DNA of 32,000 nucleotides from Dehalococcoidia bacterium (GTDB lineage Bacteria; Chloroflexota; Dehalococcoidia; Lucifugimonadales; UBA3495): NCBI GenBank assembly GCA_963665155.2, contig CAXXFI010000001.1, positions 760,558 to 792,557 of the forward strand, read 5' to 3'. Shown piece by piece: positions 1 to 7,135 of this stretch (position 1 is its first letter; each line of letters starts with the position of its first letter). The notes under the pieces were generated by a model. It saw only the letters and a program-made list of their open reading frames with translations, ran no database searches and was not told where the DNA came from. The position numbers and the translations under genes were made by a program.

Positions 1-168
1 GTTATTACCGAAGGTTTTCAGGCCCAACGTCCCGACGGCGACTTCTCCACTTGGGCCACCCCGGAAGCCATGGTCAAAGCGGCCATCCACCTAGCCCAGC
101 AAGGCGCCCACGGCCTGACCGGTGCGACCGTCACCGCCGAGGAACTGGTGCGGCGGCTGGGGCTTTAA
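1..168 (+). CDS. 3' end of a CDS entering from upstream (last 55 codons; possibly an NAD(P)-dependent oxidoreductase, not securely identified)
   Basis: Frame 1 is open from base 1 to TAA 166-168: ...TPEAMVKAAIHLAQQGAHGLTGATVTAEELVRRLGL*. The fragment is too short for a firm family call. Confidence 0.45.
   Translation, partial: VITEGFQAQRPDGDFSTWATPEAMVKAAIHLAQQGAHGLTGATVTAEELVRRLGL
106..168. repeat. Direct repeat copy 1 (intact 3' end of the upstream CDS) flanking the hicBA cassette
   Basis: gcccacggc[ctgaccggt]gcgaccgtcaccgccgaggaactggtgcggcggctggggctttaa recurs at 761-814 with substitutions and a 9-nt gap. Confidence 0.8.
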
Positions 169-334
169 CGAAATGTACGGTCTGTGAGGGCAAAATCCCT
201 CGGTAATGATGGTTGTATCTCAACGTTGACAGTCTCTTTTGGGTGCAATACGCTGCAAGAGAATGACCCGCCCCAGTTTTAACGACCAATCGATTTCATA
301 AATGTATCGGATTTGATTTCTCGGAACAGGCAGT

Positions 335-547
335 ATGCAAACCAACTTTACAGCTTTGGTTAAGCAGGATGGTCACTGGTGGATTGGCTGGGTGAAGGAG
401 ATTTCCGGTGTCAACTGCCAAGGTAAAACTCGGGAAGAGCTTCTGGAAAATTTACGTTCGGCGCTGGAGGAAGCACTACAGTTGAACCGGGAAGACGCCG
501 AGAAGGCGGCCATTGGCGAGTATGAAGAAGTGAGCTTGACTGTGTGA
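335..547 (+). CDS. hicB: Short HicB-family (UPF0150-type) antitoxin
   Basis: 70-aa ORF. MQTNFTALVKQDGHWWIGWVKEISGVNCQGKTREELLENLRSALEEAL fits the short HicB pattern (beta strands, then G..tqG.T.EEl..N..eAlE). Its stop overlaps the GTG of the downstream hicA-like frame (GTGA, 544-547). Confidence 0.75.
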   Translation: MQTNFTALVKQDGHWWIGWVKEISGVNCQGKTREELLENLRSALEEALQLNREDAEKAAIGEYEEVSLTV

Positions 548-732
548 GGCGTCGACTGCTATTGGCTCACCTCAGAGCACATGATTGTGTGTTAATTCGC
601 GAGGGAGCCAGGCATTCTTGGCGGGGCAATTCCGAAAACAATCGCAAGTCAGCAATTCCCAGGCACAACTAAATCAACGAATTCCTGGCCCGCAAGATTT
701 GCCGTGACTTAGGAATACCTCAACCATCCTAA
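544..732 (+). pseudogene. hicA: HicA-family toxin gene interrupted by an in-frame TAA
   Basis: From GTG 544: VRRRLLLAHLRAHDCVLIREGARHSWRGNSENNRKSAIPRHN-TAA(670-672)-INEFLARKICRDLGIPQPS-TAA(730-732). The HicA signature (..G..l.ReG..H......n.....iPRHnEIn.fla.kIc.dLgI) continues in frame across the internal stop. From memory, family members carry Glu (GAA) at that position. Confidence 0.7.
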
Positions 733-760
733 TCATCCGGCGCTTGCAAGCCCGCAATAT

Positions 761-832
761 GCCCACGGCGCCACGGTCACCGCCGAGGAATTGGTGCGCC
801 GGCTGAGGCTTTAATTAAGTTGGGGCTTTAAC
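761..832. repeat. Degenerate duplicate(s) of the 3' end of the upstream CDS (copy 2 at 761-814, 12-nt copy 3 at 821-832)
   Basis: gcccacggcgccacggtcaccgccgaggaattggtgcgccggctgaggctttaa would encode AHGATVTAEELVRRLRL*, against AHGLTGATVTAEELVRRLGL* at 106-168. It is followed by ttaag and then ttggggctttaa, which repeats the last 12 nt again. Confidence 0.8.
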
Positions 833-847
833 TAAAAGGAGCCAAAC

Positions 848-1984
848 ATGGACTTTAGCTTTACCCCCGAAGAGCAAGACCTGCAGCAACGCGTGCGGCG
901 TTTGGCCGAAGAGAAGATCGCGCCCATCGCCGAGGAGGCCGATGAGTCCAGCCGGGTTCACGCCGGGCTCATGTCCATTCTGTCCGAGAGCGATCTGCTG
1001 CGGTACTGTGTGCCCAAAGAGCATGGCGGCTTCGGCATCAGCGTGACCAACCTTTGCATCATCCGTGAGGAATTGGCCCGCATTTCAGCCCAAGCCGACA
1101 CCAACTTCATCATGCAGGGCTTGGGTAGCTACCCAATTACGTTGGGCGGCACCGAAGAACAGAAAGCCAAGTTCCTGCCTGCCATCGCCAGTGGTGAGGC
1201 CATTGCCGCCTTCGCCTTGACCGAGCCGGACAGCGGCTCCGACGTTATTAGCATGAAAACCACCGCAACTCTGGAAGGGGACGAGTGGGTGCTAAACGGC
1301 CAGAAGAAGTTCATTAGCCAGGCTGGCGACGCCAGCACCTACGTGGTCTTCGCTAAGACCGACCCCGAAGCCGGGAGTAGAGGACTTTCCGCATTCATAG
1401 TGGAGCGGGGCACACCAGGCTTCGACGATAGCAAGCGCATGGACTTGATGGCCGCTCATCCCATCGGCGAGCCCAGGTTTGAAAACTGCCGCATACCGTA
1501 TACGAACCTGATAGGCGAGCGGGGCCGGGGTCTGCGCCTGGCTTTGGGGACGCTGGACACATTCCGCACCACGGTGGCATCGGCGGCGGTGGGTATGGGT
1601 CAGGCCGGTTACGAAGCTGCCTTGTCCTACGCCAAGAACCGGGAGTTGTTCGGACAGCACCTGAGCGATTTCCAGGCTACCCAGTTCAAGTTGGCGGACA
1701 TGGCTGTATCGTTGGACGCCGCCCGGCTGTTGGCTTATCGGTCGGCGTGGCTGAAAGACTCGGGACAGGAGACGGTGATCAAAGAGGCGTCCTTCGCCAA
1801 GCTATTCGCCACGGAAGCGGCGTCTCGCATCATAAACGAGTCGGTGCAGATTCACGGTGGCGCGGGCCTGGAAAAAGGGGCAAGGATAGAGCGGCTTTAC
1901 CGGGAGGTGCGTGCTCTGACCATCTACGAAGGAACGTCGGAAATCCAACGCCAGACCATCGCCCGTCAGTTGCTTAGGGAGTGA
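848..1984 (+). CDS. Acyl-CoA dehydrogenase
   Basis: 378-aa ORF with RBS aaaaggag 7 nt upstream. Family motifs are present: AFALTEPDSGSD, QIHGGAGL and TIYEGTSEIQRQTIARQLL at the C-terminus. Confidence 0.9.
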   Translation: MDFSFTPEEQDLQQRVRRLAEEKIAPIAEEADESSRVHAGLMSILSESDLLRYCVPKEHGGFGISVTNLCIIREELARISAQADTNFIMQGLGSYPITLGGTEEQKAKFLPAIASGEAIAAFALTEPDSGSDVISMKTTATLEGDEWVLNGQKKFISQAGDASTYVVFAKTDPEAGSRGLSAFIVERGTPGFDDSKRMDLMAAHPIGEPRFENCRIPYTNLIGERGRGLRLALGTLDTFRTTVASAAVGMGQAGYEAALSYAKNRELFGQHLSDFQATQFKLADMAVSLDAARLLAYRSAWLKDSGQETVIKEASFAKLFATEAASRIINESVQIHGGAGLEKGARIERLYREVRALTIYEGTSEIQRQTIARQLLRE

Positions 1985-2238
1985 CCTATTAATACCGGTT
2001 TTTCGCCGATGTGAGCGAGGCGTTGCCTCAAATTTGGTTTGCGAGACCCGGTGGATTAGGAACGGCGGGTGAAGTGTAGAGAGTCCACTCCCAATAGCAC
2101 GGACACTGATCGTTTTCGACCCTATGATCGGTGGAATCAATTACATGAGCTCAGTTCCACACAGAAGGAGAAGGAGCGTCACCTCATTTAGCTTAAAGCC
2201 AGGTTGGGGTGCATAGCCAAGTTCATGAGGAAAGGGAT

Positions 2239-2288
2239 AAAGCCCCACTTTCGTAAAGGGGGGTTGGGGGGATTTCCCCCGTTCCCCC
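2239..2288. repeat. G5/C5 palindromic intergenic repeat, copy 1
   Basis: aaagccccactttcgtaaaggggggttggggggatttcccccgttccccc. The same core (CCCCnTTTnnnAAAGGGGG followed by GGGGGATTT) occurs at 4383-4424 and 22155-22208. Confidence 0.75.
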
Positions 2289-2337
2289 ATAATGACATAA
2301 AGGCATACCCGGACGGTTTATCCGGTCCTGAAGCCGA

Positions 2338-2628
2338 CTAGCCTCCGTCTACGAAGATCAGCCCGCCGTCACTGGCCTTTAATCGCTCGCCAACGACTGC
2401 TTGATACTCAGGAGAGTTGTACCATTCCTTTGCTTTGGCCAGGCTCTCGAATTCAAGCACCACCATTCCGGAGGGGACCCATGTGCCGTCGGCTACCTCG
2501 ATTTTCGTGCCGCCAGCCACCCGCTTGCCACCGTACTTTCCCACTGTTGGCCCGGCGACTGCCCCATAGGCCGAGAACGCCGCTTCGTCATTCACGCTTA
2601 GAGTCGCTCCAATTGCCCACGCTACCAT
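2338..2628 (-). CDS. DUF1330 domain protein
   Basis: 96-aa ORF with RBS aaggag upstream. ...MVVLEFESLAKAKEWYNSPEYQAVVGERLKASDGGLIFVDG matches the DUF1330 C-terminal pattern. Confidence 0.8.
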   Translation of the reverse strand: MVAWAIGATLSVNDEAAFSAYGAVAGPTVGKYGGKRVAGGTKIEVADGTWVPSGMVVLEFESLAKAKEWYNSPEYQAVVGERLKASDGGLIFVDGG

Positions 2629-2722
2629 TGCTTTTCTCCTTTTATTTGTCTGTACGCTGATTTATGTCCTAGGCCAATATCTTCGTTGGCCTACCGTCGA
2701 TATTCTTTTGATTCCGGTTTTT

Positions 2723-3202
2723 TCAGTAATCTTTTATGCCGCTCTCACCCTTATTCTCGGCCCATTGGTACAGCAGGTCCCGTGGCTCGGAAAAATCGAA
2801 ATTCGGGACAGCCATACCACATGACGTTTGAACCTGGTCATTATTCAAATCGTAAACCTGCCGCGCTCCGGGGGTCGGCGGAAACTGGGAATACAGGTCT
2901 TCCCACTGCGGGTCTCGAGGGTGGATGGCTTTAGCCTGGCCGTACACCCGAAGAATCAAGGACGTGCCCTCAAAGGCGCAAAACATAAGGGTCATCCGGG
3001 CATCATCTAAGATGTGGGCGGCGGTCTCATTTCCGCTGCCGGTGAGGTTCAGCCAAACGATCCGGTCCTGACCCAATACCCGCAAAGAGTCCATGCCCTT
3101 GGGCGACACGTTTACCCGGCCATCCGAGGCAGCGGTGCCCACAAAGAAGATTTTCTGCTGCTGAATGAGTTCTTCACCCAGTTCGGTGTACATTTGACCC
3201 AT
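2723..3202 (-). CDS. Pyridoxamine 5'-phosphate oxidase family (FMN-binding split-barrel) protein
   Basis: 159-aa ORF with RBS aaggag. KIFFVGTAASDGRVNVSPKG...LNLTGSGNETAAHI is typical of this family. Confidence 0.75.
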   Translation of the reverse strand: MGQMYTELGEELIQQQKIFFVGTAASDGRVNVSPKGMDSLRVLGQDRIVWLNLTGSGNETAAHILDDARMTLMFCAFEGTSLILRVYGQAKAIHPRDPQWEDLYSQFPPTPGARQVYDLNNDQVQTSCGMAVPNFDFSEPRDLLYQWAENKGESGIKDY

Positions 3203-3273
3203 GGTGGCTCCTTGCGGTGTTGTTTCACACTGGCTGGTCGGTTTTACTTGTTCGTTCTATGAGTACGTTACGT

Positions 3274-4104
3274 CTATACCTCTAGGGGCGTATCTTCCCG
3301 GTTGGCCCACTCGCCCATGGAGCCATCGAAGTTCTTGGTATTGGCATAGCCTACTAATTGCATGACGAACACACTGTTCGCCGCTCGAATGCCGCCCTGT
3401 CAATACGTGTAAACGTTCTTGTCGGCGGTGATTCCGTTCTCGTTCAAAATGCGGCGAATCTCGCTGGCCGACTTGAATTGATGTGTGTCGCGGTCCATCA
3501 GGTTGAACCATTCCAAGTGCACCGCGCCGGGAACGTGGCCCGCACGCTGATTGCCCCGGTTGGCGCTGCCGTCCCACTCGCCGTCGCTGCGAACGTCCCA
3601 GACAACAGAGTTGTCCAGGCTACACGCAGCCTTCAAGTCGTCGGCGGACACGAACAACGTATCGTCCCTCTTTGCCGTGAATTTAACCCCTGAGGGAGCT
3701 TGAGGCCGATCGAAACTGACCGCGCGGCCCTCGCTCAACCATCGCCGCCAGCCTCCGTTCAGCACCTTCACGTTGGAATGACCGTAGGTGTTTAGCGCCC
3801 ACCACAGCCGGGCAGCGGTAAGGCTCTGGGAATTGTCGTAGGTTATGACCAGAGAGTCGTCGCCTATACCCAATCCCTGGCACATAGCCGTGAACTGCTC
3901 GGCGTTCATCAGATGCACCCGACCCGTGTCTGGGTTTTTCTCGAAATTGTCCGGCACCAGGGCGGCGCCGGGAATGTGGCCCCGGTTGTAACCGGCTTCA
4001 ACGTCGCAGTCGATAATCACCAAGTTGGCGTCGTCTTTATGGGCCTCAACCCAAGCGGCGTCCACCAGATACTCCGGGTGGGCATACTCCTCTGAAGTAG
4101 TCAT
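3274..4104 (-). CDS. Two-domain rhodanese (thiosulfate/3-mercaptopyruvate sulfurtransferase type) with in-frame TGA (3402-3400) at the catalytic Cys position; candidate selenoprotein, otherwise a nonsense pseudogene
   Basis: Likely start is ATG 4104 (RBS gggagg); a TTG at 4116 is also in frame. Motifs: IIDCD...YNRGHIPGA, WDVRS..EW.......RAGHVPGAVHLEW, then VYTY-TGA-QGGIRAANSVFVMQLVGYANTKNFDGSMGEWANREDTPLEV-TAG(3276-3274). The frame is intact across the TGA and the full length is about 277 aa, normal for this family. Confidence 0.8.
3360..3392 (-). promoter_or_regulatory. Candidate bacterial SECIS-like hairpin downstream of the rhodanese TGA
   Basis: mRNA GCAU-UCGAGC-GGCGAAC-AGUGU-GUUCGUC-AUGC. 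It has a 4-bp lower stem, a 6-nt 5' bulge, a 7-bp upper stem (one G-U) and the apical loop AGUGU, 25-29 nt after the UGA. Confidence 0.4.
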
Positions 4105-4315
4105 AGTGCCTCCCAAACATTTATTGTTAAAAAAATTAGGACTAAAAATTAGGCTTCGAAAAGCCAGGCAAGCTTAGGCGCTGCAAGGTCGGATTTGCCA
4201 GGCGCCGCAAAGCCAGACCAATTGTAGGCTCCGCCGGTGGCGCGGTCAATCGTAGCTATAGAAGCGATTTGCCCATGCCTGGAAGTGGGGTTAGAATGAG
4301 GCGAAATTGGCAATC

Positions 4316-4460
4316 GGTCAGCGGTCAGCAATCAGCTTTCAGCAACGGGCTGGAGCCTAAGCAGATTGACTGCGAGCGGCGAAAAGCCCCCTTTGTTAAA
4401 GGGGGTTGGGGGATTTTGGACCCCTGAATGCTGACCGCTGATTGCTGATAGCTGATAGCT
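4316..4460. repeat. Composite intergenic repeat: inverted heptamer arrays flanking a G5/C5 palindrome
   Basis: Left array: ggtcagc ggtcagc aatcagc tttcagc (4316-4343). Centre: aaagccccctttgttaaagggggttgggggattttggacccc (4383-4424). Right array: cctgaat gctgacc gctgatt gctgata gctgata gct (4423-4460). Left units are reverse complements of right units. Confidence 0.8.
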
Positions 4461-4480
4461 AAAGAATGCGAGGAATAACC

Positions 4481-6385
4481 ATGGTAAACCAAGGACAAAT
4501 CGACCATCTGCTACAGGAAACGGGTGAGATAAACCCTCCCGCAAGCCTTGTGCAGCAGGTATACCTCAAGGACCACAAAGAAGCCCACCGCCAGTCCATT
4601 GTAGACCCGGAAGGGTTTTGGAGCGGAGTCGCCGAGGAATTACATTGGTTCAAAAGATGGGACAAAGTGTTCCAATGGGACTACCCGTCCTTTCAGTGGT
4701 TCCTGGGGGCCAAGTGCAACATTACCTCCAACTGCCTGGACCGGCACCTGGCATCGGGCAAGCGCAACAAGGCGGCCTTGATCTGGCTGGGCGAGGACGG
4801 CACGGAGCGGGTTTACACCTACGGACGCCTGGCCCAGTTGGTCAACCGGTTCGCCAACGGACTGAAGTCCTTGGGCGTGGGTAAAGGCGACCGGGTTGTG
4901 ATCTACATGCCCTTGACGCCCGAGGGGGCCATCGCCATGCTGGCCTGCGCCCGAATCGGCGCCATCCATAGCGTCGTGTATGCCGGGTTCAGCGTCGGGT
5001 CGCTGCGGGAAAGAATCCTTGACGCCCAAGCCAAGGTGCTGATAACCGCCGACGCCGGGTACCGGCGGGGCAATAAGGTTGACCTGAAGGGCATTACCGA
5101 CGGTGCGGTGGAAGGCTTGGACGTTCTGGAGCACATTGTGGTCTGGCGGCGGGAGGCGGAGAAGCCGGAATTGGGCGCTAAAGAGGTCGACTTTGACGAG
5201 CTAATGGCCAACAACAGCATCCATTGCGAAGCCGAGGTAATGGACTCGGAAGACCCGCTGTACATTCTCTACACCAGCGGCACTACCGGAAAGCCCAAGG
5301 GTGTGCTCCACGTCCACGGTGGCTACATGGTGGGCACCTACTATCACTTCAAAACATTCTGGGACGTCAAAGACGACGATGTTTACTGGTGCACCTCGGA
5401 CATTGGTTGGGTGGTGGGTCATAGTTACATTGTTTATGCGCCGCTGATTGCTGGCGCAACCACCGTTTTCCGGGAAGGGGCCATAGATTACCCACATCCG
5501 GGAGTGTTCTACGAGGTAGTCGAGAAATACGGCGTCAACGTCGTATTCACTGCACCCACGGCGCTGCGCATGCTCATGCGCTACGGCGAGTCCTACCCGC
5601 TGCAGTACGACCTGCGGTCGATGCGCTTTTTAACCTGCGCCGGTGAACCGCTAAACCCCGAGGCGTTGCGCTGGACCTACGAGTATCTCTGCGGCAACGG
5701 AGAGTGGGGCCACATCGTGGACAACTGGTGGCAAACGGAAACAGGCGCGCCATGCCTGGGAACCCCTGCCACGATTCCGGTCAAGCCCGGCAAAGTGGGC
5801 ATCGCTCTACCTGGGGCTGTGATGGACATCGTAGATCGTGAAGGTCAACCCATCACAGAGCCGGACAAGGGCGGTTTCCTGGTGATCAAGCAACCCTCTC
5901 CGCAGTTCTTCCGTACCGTGTTTGGTGACCCGGACCGATACGCCAAAGACTGGAGCACTATTCCAGGCTGTTACTTGACCGGCGATGTGGCCCTGCGGGA
6001 CGCCGACGGCTACTACACCGTGGTTGGCCGGGCCGACGATGTGCTGAACGTGGCCGGGCACCGCATAGGCTCCGCCGAGGTGGAAAGCGCTTTGGTATCC
6101 CATCCGGCGGTTGCGGAAGCGGCGGTTATCGGCAAACCCGACGAACTTAGAGGCGAGACCATCAAGGGTTTCGTCACCCTGCGGGTAGGCAACGAGCCAT
6201 CGGAAGAGATGGTAGTGGCGCTCAAAGCCCATGTGCGCCGAGAAATCGGTCCCATAGCCGTGCCCGCCGAGCTGGAATTCACGCCCACCCTGCCCAAAAC
6301 CCGCTCCGGCAAGATCATGCGCCGCCTGCTAAAAGCCCAAGAGTTGGGCTTGGACCCGGGGGACATTACGACGTTGGAGGAGTAA
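4481..6385 (+). CDS. acs: Acetyl-CoA synthetase (AMP-forming)
   Basis: ATG 4481 is preceded by gaggaa; an upstream ATG at 4466 is also in frame. Motifs: FW...W.....F.W...[37 protein letters not shown]...DADGYY...[16 protein letters not shown] and [14 protein letters not shown]. Confidence 0.9.
   Translation: MVNQGQIDHLLQETGEINPPASLVQQVYLKDHKEAHRQSIVDPEGFWSGVAEELHWFKRWDKVFQWDYPSFQWFLGAKCNITSNCLDRHLASGKRNKAALIWLGEDGTERVYTYGRLAQLVNRFANGLKSLGVGKGDRVVIYMPLTPEGAIAMLACARIGAIHSVVYAGFSVGSLRERILDAQAKVLITADAGYRRGNKVDLKGITDGAVEGLDVLEHIVVWRREAEKPELGAKEVDFDELMANNSIHCEAEVMDSEDPLYILYTSGTTGKPKGVLHVHGGYMVGTYYHFKTFWDVKDDDVYWCTSDIGWVVGHSYIVYAPLIAGATTVFREGAIDYPHPGVFYEVVEKYGVNVVFTAPTALRMLMRYGESYPLQYDLRSMRFLTCAGEPLNPEALRWTYEYLCGNGEWGHIVDNWWQTETGAPCLGTPATIPVKPGKVGIALPGAVMDIVDREGQPITEPDKGGFLVIKQPSPQFFRTVFGDPDRYAKDWSTIPGCYLTGDVALRDADGYYTVVGRADDVLNVAGHRIGSAEVESALVSHPAVAEAAVIGKPDELRGETIKGFVTLRVGNEPSEEMVVALKAHVRREIGPIAVPAELEFTPTLPKTRSGKIMRRLLKAQELGLDPGDITTLEE
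6284..6385. repeat. Direct repeat copy 1 (intact acs 3' end) flanking the Uma2 cassette
   Basis: cccaccctgcccaaaacccgctccggcaagatcatgcgccgcctgctaaaagcccaagagttgggcttggacccggggg... recurs in degenerate form at 7019-7119. Confidence 0.8.
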
Positions 6386-6429
6386 CTGGGGCGGTTATAC
6401 TTTAGGAAACGGGATCAGCGAGGCGATCG

Positions 6430-6990
6430 ATGGCTGTACAAGTGTTGCGAAGGCGGTTCACGGCAGACGAATATCACCGGATGGCCCAGGTGGGGATCTT
6501 AGGCGAGGACGACCGCCTGGAACTATTGGAAGGGGAGATCGTAGAAATGGCTCCTATAGGCAGCCGCCACCAAGCTACCGTTGATCGTATTAACAGGCTG
6601 TTTTCCGGGAGAGCGGCGGACGCCGCGGTAGTTAGGGTTCAAGGCCCTGTCCGGCTGGCTGGGGACTCGGAGCCGCAGCCGGATATTTTACTATTGCGCA
6701 GTCGAGCCGACTTCTACGCCACTGCTCACCCAGGTCCTGAAGACGTGCTCTTGCTGGTGGAAGTTTCTGACAGTTCTATCGAGTACGATCGTGAGGTGAA
6801 GCTTCCCCTATATGCCCGACACGGCATACCCGAAGTCTGGATTGTGGACTTGGATAAAGAGGTCATTGAGGTCTACACGGACCCTACGGCCAAAGGCTAC
6901 AGAGGAGTATCGCAGTTGGCACGGGGCCAAACCCTGTCGCCACAGCACATTTCACTGTTAGAACTGGCCGTTGACGAGGTTTTGGGGTAA
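6430..6990 (+). CDS. Uma2 family (DUF820, PD-(D/E)xK-like) endonuclease
   Basis: 186-aa ORF. Family pattern: FTADEYHRMAQ.G......ELLEGEIVEMAPIGSRH......I......, EPQPDILLL, and LLLVEVSDSS...DREVKLPLYARHGIPEVWIVDL. Confidence 0.85.
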   Translation: MAVQVLRRRFTADEYHRMAQVGILGEDDRLELLEGEIVEMAPIGSRHQATVDRINRLFSGRAADAAVVRVQGPVRLAGDSEPQPDILLLRSRADFYATAHPGPEDVLLLVEVSDSSIEYDREVKLPLYARHGIPEVWIVDLDKEVIEVYTDPTAKGYRGVSQLARGQTLSPQHISLLELAVDEVLG

Positions 6991-7018
6991 ACCCTGACAT
7001 ACGTGGGTTTCCAGCGAG

Positions 7019-7119
7019 CCCACCCTACCGAAGACCCCGCTCCGGCAAGATGATGCTCCGCTTGCTAAAAGCCTAGGAGTTGGGCTCAGACCCAGGAGGC
7101 GGAAAGAATTTCGGAGGGG
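7019..7119 (+). pseudogene. Degenerate remnant of an acs 3' end
   Basis: cccaccctaccgaagaccccgctccggcaagatgatgctccgcttgctaaaagcctaggagttgggctcagacccaggaggcgg... would encode PTLPKT(fs)RSGKMMLRLLKA*ELGSDPGG, against [27 protein letters not shown] in acs. It has an extra C and TAG in place of CAA. Confidence 0.75.
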
Positions 7120-7135
7120 TCGAAATAAATTTCAG

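Noticed and set aside
670-672. In-frame TAA codons in hicA (670-672) and the TPR gene (19120-19122) as possible evidence for TAA stop-codon reassignment.
   Set aside because: acs (6383-6385), Uma2 (6988-6990), pstC (23320-23322) and pstA (24198-24200) all terminate with TAA at the C-terminal positions expected for their families. TAA is therefore a normal stop here, and the two internal TAAs are ordinary nonsense mutations.
3257-3577. 106-aa minus-strand ORF covering the region downstream of the rhodanese TGA.
   Set aside because: It is in a different frame from the rhodanese and has an Arg/Gly/Pro-rich nonsense-like translation. The rhodanese frame across this region encodes the conserved catalytic-domain motifs instead.
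4316-4460. Short tandem repeats that might be mistaken for a CRISPR array.
   Set aside because: The units are only 7 nt long, directly abutting with no spacers, and no cas genes are present. They are STRR-like or REP-like repeats, not CRISPR.
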